64,000 nucleotides of DNA, from assembly GCA_044353615.1 (NCBI GenBank), contig JBILBQ010000001.1:19201-83200 (forward strand). Direction: 5' to 3'. Within the stretch, counting starts at the first letter, position 1. The number at the start of each line of letters is the position of its first letter. A program made the translations under genes and the position numbers. Below, piece by piece: positions 36,654-47,940 of the stretch. The notes beneath the pieces are model-generated. The model was not told where the DNA came from. It saw only the letters and a list, made by a program, of their open reading frames with translations, and did no database searches. Origin of the DNA: Algoriphagus sp. Its GTDB lineage: Bacteria; Bacteroidota; Bacteroidia; Cytophagales; Cyclobacteriaceae.

Positions 36654-37862
36654 ATGAATATTCACGAATATCAAGCGAAAGAAGTATTAAAAGGATATGG
36701 CGTTCGTATCCAAGAGGGTATTGTAGCCAGCACTCCGGAGGAGGCTCATGAAGCAGCAGTGAAGCTCAACGCACAAACCGGCACTTCTTGGTTCGTGATC
36801 AAAGCACAGATCCACGCAGGAGGTAGAGGCAAAGGAGAAGTTAAAGAAACTGGCTCTAGAGGTGTTGTGCTTGCCAAAAAATTAGAAGATGTAAAAGAAA
36901 AGTCAGCAGCCATCTTGGGAGGTACTTTGGTAACCATCCAAACCGGTGCTGAAGGAAAGAAAGTAAATAAGGTGTTGATCGCAGAGGACGTATATTATCC
37001 CGGAGCATCCGAACCGAAAGAATATTACATGTCTATTCTTCTAGACAGAGCTACTGGTTCAAATGTGATCATGGCCTCTACTGAAGGAGGAATGGATATT
37101 GAAGAAGTTGCTGAACATCATCCTGAAAAAATCATTAAAGAGTGGATCGATCCTAAAGTAGGACTTCAGGGCTTCCAAGCTCGAAAAGTAGCCTTCAAAC
37201 TGGGCTTAAGCGGAACTGCTCACAAAGAGATGGTCAAGTTTATTGGAGCGCTTTATGCTGCTTATGTTGCCACAGACTCTTCTCAATTTGAAATCAACCC
37301 AGTTCTTAAAACTTCCGACGATAAAATTTTGGCAGTAGATGCCAAAGTAAATGTGGATGACAATGCCCTCTACCGTCAGCCTAAGCTTGCTGAATTGAGA
37401 GACTTGGCAGAAGAAGATCCATTGGAAGTGGAAGCGGGTGAGTCAGGACTCAACTACGTAAAATTGGATGGCAATGTAGGCTGCATGGTCAACGGAGCAG
37501 GTCTTGCCATGGCAACCATGGATATGATCAAGCTTTCTGGCGGAGAGCCTGCCAACTTCCTAGATGTAGGAGGAGGAGCCAATGCTACTACCGTAGAGGC
37601 TGGTTTCCGAATCATCTTGAAAGATCCTAACGTAAAAGCAATCCTAATCAACGTCTTTGGTGGAATTGTTCGTTGCGACAGAATCGCCAATGGCGTGGTA
37701 GAAGCCTACAAGTCTATCGGAGACATTCGGATTCCGATTATTGTACGCCTTCAGGGTACCAATGCTGCAGAAGGAGCAAAAATCATCGATGATTCTGGTT
37801 TGAAAGTATTTTCTGCCATTACACTCAAGGAAGCAGCTGAGCGTGTGAAAGCCGCTTTGTAA
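36654..37862 (+). CDS. sucC: Succinyl-CoA ligase beta subunit
   Basis: [27 protein letters not shown] and NFLDVGGG motifs. Confidence 0.97.
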   Translation: MNIHEYQAKEVLKGYGVRIQEGIVASTPEEAHEAAVKLNAQTGTSWFVIKAQIHAGGRGKGEVKETGSRGVVLAKKLEDVKEKSAAILGGTLVTIQTGAEGKKVNKVLIAEDVYYPGASEPKEYYMSILLDRATGSNVIMASTEGGMDIEEVAEHHPEKIIKEWIDPKVGLQGFQARKVAFKLGLSGTAHKEMVKFIGALYAAYVATDSSQFEINPVLKTSDDKILAVDAKVNVDDNALYRQPKLAELRDLAEEDPLEVEAGESGLNYVKLDGNVGCMVNGAGLAMATMDMIKLSGGEPANFLDVGGGANATTVEAGFRIILKDPNVKAILINVFGGIVRCDRIANGVVEAYKSIGDIRIPIIVRLQGTNAAEGAKIIDDSGLKVFSAITLKEAAERVKAAL

Positions 37863-37872
37863 AAATAAGTAC

Positions 37873-37946
37873 GCAGACGTAGTTCAACTGGATAGAATAT
37901 CGGATTTCGGCTCCGAGGGTTGAGGGTTCGAATCCTTCCGTCTGTA
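37873..37946 (+). tRNA. tRNA-Arg (TCG)
   Basis: GCAGACG/CGTCTGT acceptor stem, TCGGA-TTTCGGC-TCCGA anticodon arm and GGTTCGAATCC T-arm. Confidence 0.92.
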
Positions 37947-37950
37947 CTTC

Positions 37951-37981
37951 AAAGCTCAAACGAAAGTTTGGGCTTTTTTTT
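37951..37981 (+). terminator. Intrinsic terminator of the sucC-tRNA transcript
   Basis: AAAGCTCAAAC-GAAA-GTTTGGGCTTT followed by a T run. Confidence 0.85.
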
Positions 37982-38032
37982 ATGCCTATCGCGGTGAGGT
38001 ATTCTAAAAAATTTGCGGGACGGGATTAAACT

Positions 38033-38057
38033 AAAAAAGCAGGAGAAAATCTCCTGC
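38033..38057 (-). terminator. Intrinsic terminator on the minus strand (ppk1 3' UTR or sRNA)
   Basis: GCAGGAGA-TTT-TCTCCTGC followed by TTTTTT on the minus strand. Confidence 0.75.
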
Positions 38058-38292
38058 CCTTTATTTGAAAACTAAACCAACTATTATTTAACTACCACAA
38101 TAGATTCAAAAATACCACAATTATCAATAAATCAAAATTCAATAGAAAAAATTGAATTTTTTTATTTTTTCTAAACCAATCAACCCTCGATAATTCCAAT
38201 TCAGTACAAAAAAGTGAAATTATGCAGTTCGTCCCCTAAATAATTCTGTTCATTTAACAAAGGGGCTTAAATCTTTTGAAAATGTAAAAAAC

Positions 38293-40446
38293 TTACCCTT
38301 CGGTAGATGGCTCTTCCTGCTTTTCTTCTACTAATTTTACTTTTAACACCTCATTAACCTGCACCTTAAAAAACTCTTGGTGAATGTTAAACCTGGTTTC
38401 TCCAGCAACTGGGGCTTTAGCCAAATAGGTTCCGTCCTCTTGCATGATGTAAGAATTGGAGTTGTCCCTCAAGTTGTAGGAAAGAATATTCATCAGCTGT
38501 TTTTCCAACAGTGGAGCTTCAACTTTAAATAAAGATTCGAGGCGCTTGTCAAAACTTCGCACCATCATGTCCGCACTTCCCGAATAGGTACGCGTATCCC
38601 CATTGTTATGGAAATGGTAGATGCGGCTATGCTCTAAAAAGTCTCCTACAATGGAAAGTACCTCAATATTTTCGCTCAGGCCCTTTCTTCCAGGTCGGAG
38701 GCAGCAAATACCACGAATTATAAGTTTGATTGGAACTCCCTGTTGTGAGGCACTGTAGAGCGCATAAATAATTTCAGAATCTTCTAGGGAATTCACCTTG
38801 ATGAAAATTCCACTTGGTAGTCCATTTTTGGCATGGATTGCCTCCTGCTCAATAAAAGAGATGAGCTGGTGTCGCATGTCTCTAGGAGCAGTAATCAAGT
38901 TGCGGTAGTCACTTGGTACGGAATGGCCTGTGATTACATTGAAGAATTCAGATACATCATTGGCCAATACCTCATTCGTTGTAAGTAAACCAATATCTGT
39001 GTAGAGTCGGGCCGTGTCTTCGTTGTAGTTACCCGAACCTAGATGCACATAGCGAGTGATCTCCTGATCGTCCTTTTTAACGATGAGAAGTAGCTTGGTA
39101 TGCGTCTTCAAGTTGGAGATGCCATAGATTACGAAGCAACCTGCTTTTTGGAGTTTCTTAGCTTCCAAAATGTTATTTTCCTCGTCAAAGCGAGCTTTTA
39201 CCTCAAACAAAACAGATACGTGTTTCCCATTTTCAGCGGCACGAAGCAGGGCTTTGGTGATGCGGCTATCCTTCGCCAAACGGTAGATGGTCATTTTGAT
39301 GGCCATCACATTGGGGTCTTCTGCCGCATTTTCGATCAAATCAAGGATCGCATCAATGTTATTGTAAGGATGGTGCAGTAGAATATCTCGTTCCTTCAGT
39401 ACCTCAAAAATATCTGCTCTCCCCTCTTCAGGATAGGAAAGTGGCTTTACTGGATCTGGTATCTGAGGCAATCTTTCCTTGAAGCGCTTATTCCCTACGA
39501 TTTGCCAAAGGCCAGTAAAATCAAGCATACTTGCTCTTTTGACTAGAAAAACAGAATCAGGTCGCAGGTTCCAACGCTCCAACAGGGAGCTGAGCATCCA
39601 TTTGGAATTACCCTCCTCAATGTCAATTCGGACCACTCGCCCAGTTTTGCGCTCCATGAGTTTGCGCTTTACCTCCTCGAGGAAGTTGGCATCCATGTCG
39701 TCACTTTCTTCAAGCGTAAAATCTCCATTTCTGGTGATTCGGAAAAGGCTAACTGATTCGATTTCCACATTTCTAAAAAGCGAAATTAAATTCTCGCGAA
39801 TCACCTCTTCAATCGGAATAAGCGTCAAGGAATTTTCCCGCTCAATTTCAAAAAATCGAGGAATGTTGGCAGGAATTTGCACAAAACTCATCTTACGCAT
39901 ATCCTTACGCTCTCCGGGACTCGTGGTCACTACCCCAAATACGAGCAGCTTGTTCATCAAGATTGGAAAGGTTCGGTAGCCATCGTATACCATGGGCGTA
40001 AGCATGGGATAAATAGCCTTGAGGAAGTATTGTCTTACTTTTTCTTGCTCCTCAGGTGTAAGCTTGGAAACATTGATCAAAGAGATTCCTTCTTGGTGCA
40101 ATTCAGGAAGGATCGTTTGGATAAAATGCTGCTCCTGCTCACCGTGAAAGCGTTGGCATTCCTTCATCAACTTTTCCTTGAAAGGCTCCTCTCGAAGTCC
40201 TGAATAGTCCACACGCTCTTTTTCGTAATCCAAATAGTTGTAAAGGGAACCTACCCGAATCATAAAAAATTCATCCATGTTGGATGCCGTAATGGCTAGG
40301 AACTTGAGCTTTTCGAAGATTGACCGGATGGATTTTTTGGATTGGTCCAAAACCCGCTCGTTAAATTTTACCCAGCTCAAGTCTCTACTGATCAGGTCAC
40401 TTTTTTGGATGATTGACTCGTACTTATCTCCTACTGAAAGTTTCAT
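38293..40446 (-). CDS. ppk1: Polyphosphate kinase 1
   Basis: RDLSWVKFNERVL, LLHHPY, KARFDEENN, KTHTK and FLEHSRIY motifs. Confidence 0.96.
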   Translation of the reverse strand: MKLSVGDKYESIIQKSDLISRDLSWVKFNERVLDQSKKSIRSIFEKLKFLAITASNMDEFFMIRVGSLYNYLDYEKERVDYSGLREEPFKEKLMKECQRFHGEQEQHFIQTILPELHQEGISLINVSKLTPEEQEKVRQYFLKAIYPMLTPMVYDGYRTFPILMNKLLVFGVVTTSPGERKDMRKMSFVQIPANIPRFFEIERENSLTLIPIEEVIRENLISLFRNVEIESVSLFRITRNGDFTLEESDDMDANFLEEVKRKLMERKTGRVVRIDIEEGNSKWMLSSLLERWNLRPDSVFLVKRASMLDFTGLWQIVGNKRFKERLPQIPDPVKPLSYPEEGRADIFEVLKERDILLHHPYNNIDAILDLIENAAEDPNVMAIKMTIYRLAKDSRITKALLRAAENGKHVSVLFEVKARFDEENNILEAKKLQKAGCFVIYGISNLKTHTKLLLIVKKDDQEITRYVHLGSGNYNEDTARLYTDIGLLTTNEVLANDVSEFFNVITGHSVPSDYRNLITAPRDMRHQLISFIEQEAIHAKNGLPSGIFIKVNSLEDSEIIYALYSASQQGVPIKLIIRGICCLRPGRKGLSENIEVLSIVGDFLEHSRIYHFHNNGDTRTYSGSADMMVRSFDKRLESLFKVEAPLLEKQLMNILSYNLRDNSNSYIMQEDGTYLAKAPVAGETRFNIHQEFFKVQVNEVLKVKLVEEKQEEPSTEG

Positions 40447-40517
40447 AGTAATAGAATTTAAACGCGATGTTACGTTAATCTCAAGAATTTCAGGGTTTTA
40501 AAAATTAAATTTTTGTT

Positions 40518-40541
40518 AAAAAAAGGGGGCCTAAAGCCCCC
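40518..40541 (-). terminator. Terminator after gyrB
   Basis: GGGGGC-TTTAG-GCCCCC followed by T7 on the minus strand. Confidence 0.7.
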
Positions 40542-40547
40542 AAAAGA

Positions 40548-42539
<1,992 letters not shown>

Positions 42540-42849
42540 TTAGGGTGAGCTTACTTGAAATAGATGCTGCAATTTAGAAAAAAAAAGTGAGTTCTGAAGA
42601 GGATACTTGAAAGACTTTATTGATCAGAAATCGGTAAAAAAGTTCAATAATTCCACAAAATATTATTCTGTTTTTTTGAGGTTTTTCAAAATCTCAAAAA
42701 AAAATATTTTTCAGAATCTTTTGTATATACCTAATTATCAGGGTTCGAAAATTTTTGTTTATTTTTTTTATTTTTTTTTTAAACAAATTTTTTTCTGTAA
42801 ACTTATGCTATTGTAAAAGTTAGTTAACATCAACCAAAACAAAAAAACT

Positions 42850-43584
42850 ATGAATTACACCTTATTGGCGGATCTAGTCGGACTTGACAAGATCATCAAT
42901 TCAGATCCCGTAGCGATTACCTTCTTCATTGGGTACATGGCTATGTTCGCTTCTGCAGTATTCTTCTTTGCAGAGCGTTCCTCAGTAGATGGAAAGTGGA
43001 AGCTTTCCCTGTTGGTATCCGGACTTATCACCGGTATCGCAGCAGTACATTACTACTACATGAGAGATTTCTATCTACAAACAGGAGCTAGCCCTACGGC
43101 TTTCCGTTACGTAGACTGGACCTTGACTGTACCTTTGATGTGCGTTGAGTTTTACCTATTAACAAAGCCTTTTGGTGCAAAAGGTAGTACCCTATTCAAG
43201 TTGATCCTAGCTTCTATTGTGATGCTAGTGACAGGTTACATCGGAGAAACTTCCGGACTTGATAGCAACATCATGTGGGGTATCCTTTCAACTCTTGGTT
43301 ACTTGTACATTGTGTACGAAGTATTTGCTGGAGACATCGCCAAATTGGCTAGCAGCTCTAACAGTGCAGCGCTTGGAAGAGCAATGTTCTTGTTGAAAAT
43401 CTTCATCACTTTGGGTTGGTCAATCTACCCTATCGGTTACATGGTTCTTCCAGGAAACCTACTTTCTGGTATGTTTGAAGTAAGCTCTATTGACTTGTTC
43501 TACAACTTGGCTGATGCGATTAACAAAATCGGTTTCGGTTTGGTAGTATACTCAGTAGCAGTTGCTGAAAGCAGCAAGAAATAA
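42850..43584 (+). CDS. Proteorhodopsin, DTE-motif proton pump, Met at the spectral-tuning site (green-absorbing type)
   Basis: Seven TMs; H67; RYVDWTLTVPLMCVE (D89, T93, M97, E100); DAINK retinal-binding Lys226. Confidence 0.95.
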   Translation: MNYTLLADLVGLDKIINSDPVAITFFIGYMAMFASAVFFFAERSSVDGKWKLSLLVSGLITGIAAVHYYYMRDFYLQTGASPTAFRYVDWTLTVPLMCVEFYLLTKPFGAKGSTLFKLILASIVMLVTGYIGETSGLDSNIMWGILSTLGYLYIVYEVFAGDIAKLASSSNSAALGRAMFLLKIFITLGWSIYPIGYMVLPGNLLSGMFEVSSIDLFYNLADAINKIGFGLVVYSVAVAESSKK

Positions 43585-43594
43585 TTAAACTAGG

Positions 43595-43627
43595 AGCTGC
43601 CTGTACGAAAGTGCAGGCAGCTTTTTT
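43595..43627 (+). terminator. Intra-operon intrinsic terminator after the rhodopsin gene
   Basis: AGCTGCCTGTAC-GAAA-GTGCAGGCAGCT followed by TTTTT. Confidence 0.85.
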
Positions 43628-43633
43628 GTACAT

Positions 43634-44773
43634 ATGAAAAAATACGACTACATACTAGCTGGAGGAGGATGCGCAGGTTTGAGCCTGGTCTATCATCTAC
43701 TAGAAAGTAGTTTGAAAGATTCCCAAATCCTCATCATAGATCCAAACCAGGGGGAAATTCCCAACAAAACCTGGTGTTATTGGAGCAAGGAGGCACTTCC
43801 AATTCATCCCCAATCTGCACGCTTCTCCTGGAACTCGTTTTACCTCAAGGATGCAGCCCAGCAGCTTACCAAGCCTTTAGAAGATCTGTCCTATCATCAC
43901 CTCAACTCGCATGACTTTTACACCCATGTGCTTGAGAAAATTAGACAGTTTCCCAATGTTCATTTTTTAAAAGAGGAGGTAGTAGCACTTACCCCAACAG
44001 GTACCGGAATACAGGTAACTACCCATACAGCTGACACTTTCAATGCTCCCTTTATATTTGATTCACGCGTAAAATCAACAGATTCAGATCAATCTATTTT
44101 AAAACAAGTCTTTATAGGAATTCGAATTAAAGTTTCAGAACCGCTTTTTGATCCTAAAAAATGGGGATTGATGGACTTTGAAACTCGCCCTTCGAATGGA
44201 TTTGATTTCATCTATACGCTCCCCTTCTCTACCCATGAGGCACTCATCGAATACACCGCCTACACCACGGAAGAGCGAACAGAGGAGGAACTGTTAAAAG
44301 AACTTCAAGAGTTTCTTAACCAGAAATATGGCTCAATAGCCTACGACATTCAGTTTCAGGAATCTGGAAAAATCCCGATGAGTACACGAAATTTTTTTAG
44401 CTCGGTAAGCTCACGCCATATCCCTATTGGAACCGCCGCTGGTTGGACCAAGCCTTCTACAGGCTATACTTTTGCTCCTATTCAAGAAAATTGTGCAGCA
44501 ATAGTTGCCAGTCTGGAAAGAGATGAACTTAATAGTCTACATTTCCCAAGAAAAACCCGTTTTGTTTTTTACGACAACATACTGCTCACCATCGCCCACA
44601 GATGGCCAAAAAGGCTACCAGGTCTTTTTCTAAATCTGTTTTCCTCTTCTAGACCCGAATTGGTTTTTCGATTTCTGTCCGAAAAAACAACCTTCAGTGA
44701 AGAAATTCGGCTCTTGTCAGGGCTGAAATTTGGGATTTTTCTCAAAGGATTATTTCGATATGGATCGTATTGA
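43634..44773 (+). CDS. crtY: Lycopene beta-cyclase
   Basis: YDYILAGGGCAGLSL FAD motif; KTWC, FIYTLPF, LIEYT, E.G.IPM and GWTKPSTGY motifs. Confidence 0.88.
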   Translation: MKKYDYILAGGGCAGLSLVYHLLESSLKDSQILIIDPNQGEIPNKTWCYWSKEALPIHPQSARFSWNSFYLKDAAQQLTKPLEDLSYHHLNSHDFYTHVLEKIRQFPNVHFLKEEVVALTPTGTGIQVTTHTADTFNAPFIFDSRVKSTDSDQSILKQVFIGIRIKVSEPLFDPKKWGLMDFETRPSNGFDFIYTLPFSTHEALIEYTAYTTEERTEEELLKELQEFLNQKYGSIAYDIQFQESGKIPMSTRNFFSSVSSRHIPIGTAAGWTKPSTGYTFAPIQENCAAIVASLERDELNSLHFPRKTRFVFYDNILLTIAHRWPKRLPGLFLNLFSSSRPELVFRFLSEKTTFSEEIRLLSGLKFGIFLKGLFRYGSY

Positions 44774-45638
44774 AAAGTTCTCCAAAATACTAGGAATTGG
44801 AATTGCACTCCTATTTATCCTAATTCCTAATCTGCCTATAGCGGTTCAATTTGGTGTTTTTAGCGTGATTTTAGTTCTAGTTGGTATTCCGCATGGCGGG
44901 ATAGACCACCTCATTCACAATCCTGAAATTCGACCAAAGGGGTTAGTTCACTTCATCATCCGCTACCTGCTTCTGATGCTTTCTTATGGATTGCTGTGGT
45001 GGTTACTCCCTGTAGCCGCTTTAATTGCCTTTTTGGGAATGTCAGCCTATCATTTTGGACAATCCCATTTCTTGGAACAAGGGAAACTTCAACCAAAAGA
45101 AGGGCTGCTATACCTGCTCAAAGGGTCCTTCTTCCTTTCTGTAATCCTGTTTGGGGACTGGAAAATGACTCAAGAGATTTTAAGTCCAATACTCACTATT
45201 TCGCTTCCAGAAAATTACCGATTGTTAAGTATGGGCCTATTGATGGCCTGCTCCTTGCTAGGGCACGGCTGGAAAAATCGTTCGCTCACCTTGGGAGATG
45301 CCCTGGACTATTTGATTTTGGTTCCCATATTGTATTTCAGCCCGCTCCTAATCAGCTTTGCGGTGTACTTTGGCTTTTGGCATTCCCTACCGAGTATGCT
45401 CGCAGAATACAAGTATTTGAGTCAACATCCATCCTTCAACTCTCCTCTGAAATTCGGAAAGCAGCTCCTTCCCTTTTCAGGGATTAGCCTGGTTGGAATT
45501 ACTGCAATCTTGATTATTGGGATGAAATTCCTCGACTCAAGCCAACTCTATCTCCTCTTTTTTGTAATGATTTCTCTGATTTCCCTTCCACATATCCTGT
45601 ACATGGATACTTTTTTGAAGGAAAAATTTCAGAATTGA
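44760..45638 (+). CDS. blh: Beta-carotene 15,15'-dioxygenase (Brp/Blh)
   Basis: GIPHGGIDH, YHFGQ, YFGFWHS and SLPH His ligands. Confidence 0.92.
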   Translation: MDRIEKFSKILGIGIALLFILIPNLPIAVQFGVFSVILVLVGIPHGGIDHLIHNPEIRPKGLVHFIIRYLLLMLSYGLLWWLLPVAALIAFLGMSAYHFGQSHFLEQGKLQPKEGLLYLLKGSFFLSVILFGDWKMTQEILSPILTISLPENYRLLSMGLLMACSLLGHGWKNRSLTLGDALDYLILVPILYFSPLLISFAVYFGFWHSLPSMLAEYKYLSQHPSFNSPLKFGKQLLPFSGISLVGITAILIIGMKFLDSSQLYLLFFVMISLISLPHILYMDTFLKEKFQN

Positions 45639-46015
45639 CCCGTAGTTAACATCACCAAGGTACAGGCTTCTAGCTGCTCAATACCTGAAGCTTTGGCTTT
45701 TTGAAAAAATAAGGGATTCTCGGTTCCAGGATTAAAAATAATCCTTTTAGGCTCAAGACCAATCAGGTAATCGATCCATTCCGGTTGATTCTGGGGGCCC
45801 AAATACAAAGTAATGGTGTGGATTCCAGCTAAAACTGGCTTTTGTCGCAAGTCTAGGATCTCCTCCCCAAAAACAACCCCCTTCTTGATCCCGATGGGTA
45901 TCATTGGAATTCCTTTGGCTTGCAACAAGTCTGCTGCACGGTAAGCATAGCGCTCGGGATTATCGGTGGCGCCGACAACCAAGGTTATCTTGGACTTATT
46001 TGGGACGCTGTCCAT
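45629..46015 (-). CDS. CoA-binding protein
   Basis: VVGATDNPERYA, TITLY, RIIFNPGTEN and ACTLVML motifs. Confidence 0.88.
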   Translation of the reverse strand: MDSVPNKSKITLVVGATDNPERYAYRAADLLQAKGIPMIPIGIKKGVVFGEEILDLRQKPVLAGIHTITLYLGPQNQPEWIDYLIGLEPKRIIFNPGTENPLFFQKAKASGIEQLEACTLVMLTTGQF

Positions 46016-46979
46016 AATTTCGATCCCGCTCAAAGGTATCCATGTGCCGGTGCTTTTTACTCTCGTAAATGTCGTCGAGGGTAAGTAGGATTCCGGTCTC
46101 CTCCACCTCCCCAAACTCGTCATTTAAGGCGGTTCCAAAATTTTTCATGCTTGGTGACAAGTTCATGTAGGCGTTTATTAGCGGGGGAATATTCTCTCCC
46201 AAGGCTCGGATCTTCCCATTAAGCACCTTGTATCCCTCCTTATAGTCCAAGGCTTCAAAGGGGTTGGCTTGGGAAAGAATGTCCGTTTCATAGCTCAACT
46301 TTAACTTTTCTTTAGGAATTACTAAACCCTGATTATCAGGAAAATAATAGTTTATAAAATAGAGCAACAAATCTCGCCCTTCTCGATTGTAATGCGGATA
46401 CATGGTTACCTTCCCAAACAAGTATTTGATGTTGGGATTTAGTAGCACCACAGCTCCCAAACCATCCCAAAGGTTGTCCAGACTAAACATGCCCTTGCGA
46501 TTGTCCATACTAGGTTGGTAGCTAGGTTGAACGAAAGATCTCCCCAACTCTAGGGTATAGGGCAAGTAGTCTTGAATGAACTTTTGAGAAAAGTCAAACA
46601 AATGGGAAGTCGAAAGTTGAATTTCCCCATCGCACCCTAGTGCATCCTTGCAACAAATGAGGCGATACCCAGCCACAATTTGTTCATCCTCCTCATTCCA
46701 AGTGACCAGCTGCTCGTAGCAAGTTTCGCTCGTATCGTTCTCATCTAGGTCCATCTCCATCCCTGTCCCCCCTCCAGCGGCTCGAAAGGTCAACTCCCGG
46801 AGTCTCCCAATTTCCCGCACCACATTCGGTGCATTGTGGTAATTGACTAGGTAAACAACATTATCTCCATTGTTGGTGTAACGAAGAAAACGTTCAGGTG
46901 TAAGTTCAGCCTTGAGAAGCTCCCGATCTACTGGCGGAATAAGTTCAACAGCCTTAGTCATTCGATTTTCCAAGTTCAT
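45996..46979 (-). CDS. GNAT N-acyltransferase (GlsB/OlsB-like amino-lipid synthase)
   Basis: EIGRLRELTFR, AGYR, LELGRSFV, LWDGLG and IPPLINAY motifs. Confidence 0.8.
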   Translation of the reverse strand: MNLENRMTKAVELIPPVDRELLKAELTPERFLRYTNNGDNVVYLVNYHNAPNVVREIGRLRELTFRAAGGGTGMEMDLDENDTSETCYEQLVTWNEEDEQIVAGYRLICCKDALGCDGEIQLSTSHLFDFSQKFIQDYLPYTLELGRSFVQPSYQPSMDNRKGMFSLDNLWDGLGAVVLLNPNIKYLFGKVTMYPHYNREGRDLLLYFINYYFPDNQGLVIPKEKLKLSYETDILSQANPFEALDYKEGYKVLNGKIRALGENIPPLINAYMNLSPSMKNFGTALNDEFGEVEETGILLTLDDIYESKKHRHMDTFERDRNYGQRPK

Positions 46980-47775
46980 AAACTTTTGATTTCATATCAT
47001 CGGCCCATTGGGCGTCAGATTTGCTGCTGTCAAAATAGGTGTAGGAAATTGGCTTTCCAAGCGTGAAGTGAATTTTGCCTTTGCGCTGCTTGTACATTTC
47101 ATCCACCAGCCAGAACATTTCTAGGTTGACCTTCAGTCCTATTTTTTTTCTAAAGTTGCTCAGATTGTAAAAAAAAGCAGAATTTCTTCCAGAGATATGA
47201 GTTGGAATGACATCCAAATTGTATTGTTTGGCCTTTGCAACAAAGCTTTTTTTCCAGAGCAAATCCTTTATTCCCTCCTCTTGCTTGCGAGAAACAAGGC
47301 CCGCAGGGAAAATCAACACCACATAGCCCTGAGAGTAAACTTCCTCAATGCGCTGGTTGGCAGCAGCTGAATTTTTTCCAAACTTATTGACGGGCACAAA
47401 GAGGGGTTCGAAGTTATTGAAGGTCATCAACAAGTCATTCACTAGAATGCGCACATCTGGACGAATTTTTCCAATTGCCTGCACAAAAGCGATCCCATCC
47501 ATTCCTCCAAGTGGATGGTTGGAAGCCAAGATCACTCCCCCAGTTTTCGGGATATTTTCTGCTCCACTCACCGTGACATCCATTTCAAATTCCTGGATCA
47601 AGGCGTTTGCAAAGTCCCAACCCTTTTTGTTGAGGTGCTTATTTAAGACTGAATTCAGCCATTCTTCGTGGGTCACCCGCTTCACATAGCGAAGCAAAAA
47701 TCCAGGCATCCACTTCAAAAGGGCTGGATTTTTTAGGGCAATGGCCTTTTCTATATCGATAAATTTCTGAGACAT
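46954..47775 (-). CDS. PlsC/LPLAT O-acyltransferase (GlsA/OlsA-like)
   Basis: NHPLGGMD (HxxxxD) and IFPAG motifs; ATG 47775. Confidence 0.8.
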   Translation of the reverse strand: MSQKFIDIEKAIALKNPALLKWMPGFLLRYVKRVTHEEWLNSVLNKHLNKKGWDFANALIQEFEMDVTVSGAENIPKTGGVILASNHPLGGMDGIAFVQAIGKIRPDVRILVNDLLMTFNNFEPLFVPVNKFGKNSAAANQRIEEVYSQGYVVLIFPAGLVSRKQEEGIKDLLWKKSFVAKAKQYNLDVIPTHISGRNSAFFYNLSNFRKKIGLKVNLEMFWLVDEMYKQRKGKIHFTLGKPISYTYFDSSKSDAQWADDMKSKVYELGKSND

Positions 47776-47940
47776 ACAGGTACAAAAGAGCGAACAATTG
47801 ATTACCCCCTTGTGGGTGACAAACTGAGGTAACAAGTCAAAAATAGAAAAAATCTAGCTTCCAAAGCTGTTCTTAAAAATAGGTTTTCTAGCTTCCTGAA
47901 AACCAAGTACCTTAGTTGGTAGGAATACTCCAAAAAAGCC

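Noticed and set aside
42850-43584. Sodium or chloride pump, or heliorhodopsin
   Set aside because: The motif is DTE with the proteorhodopsin His, not NDQ/NTQ.
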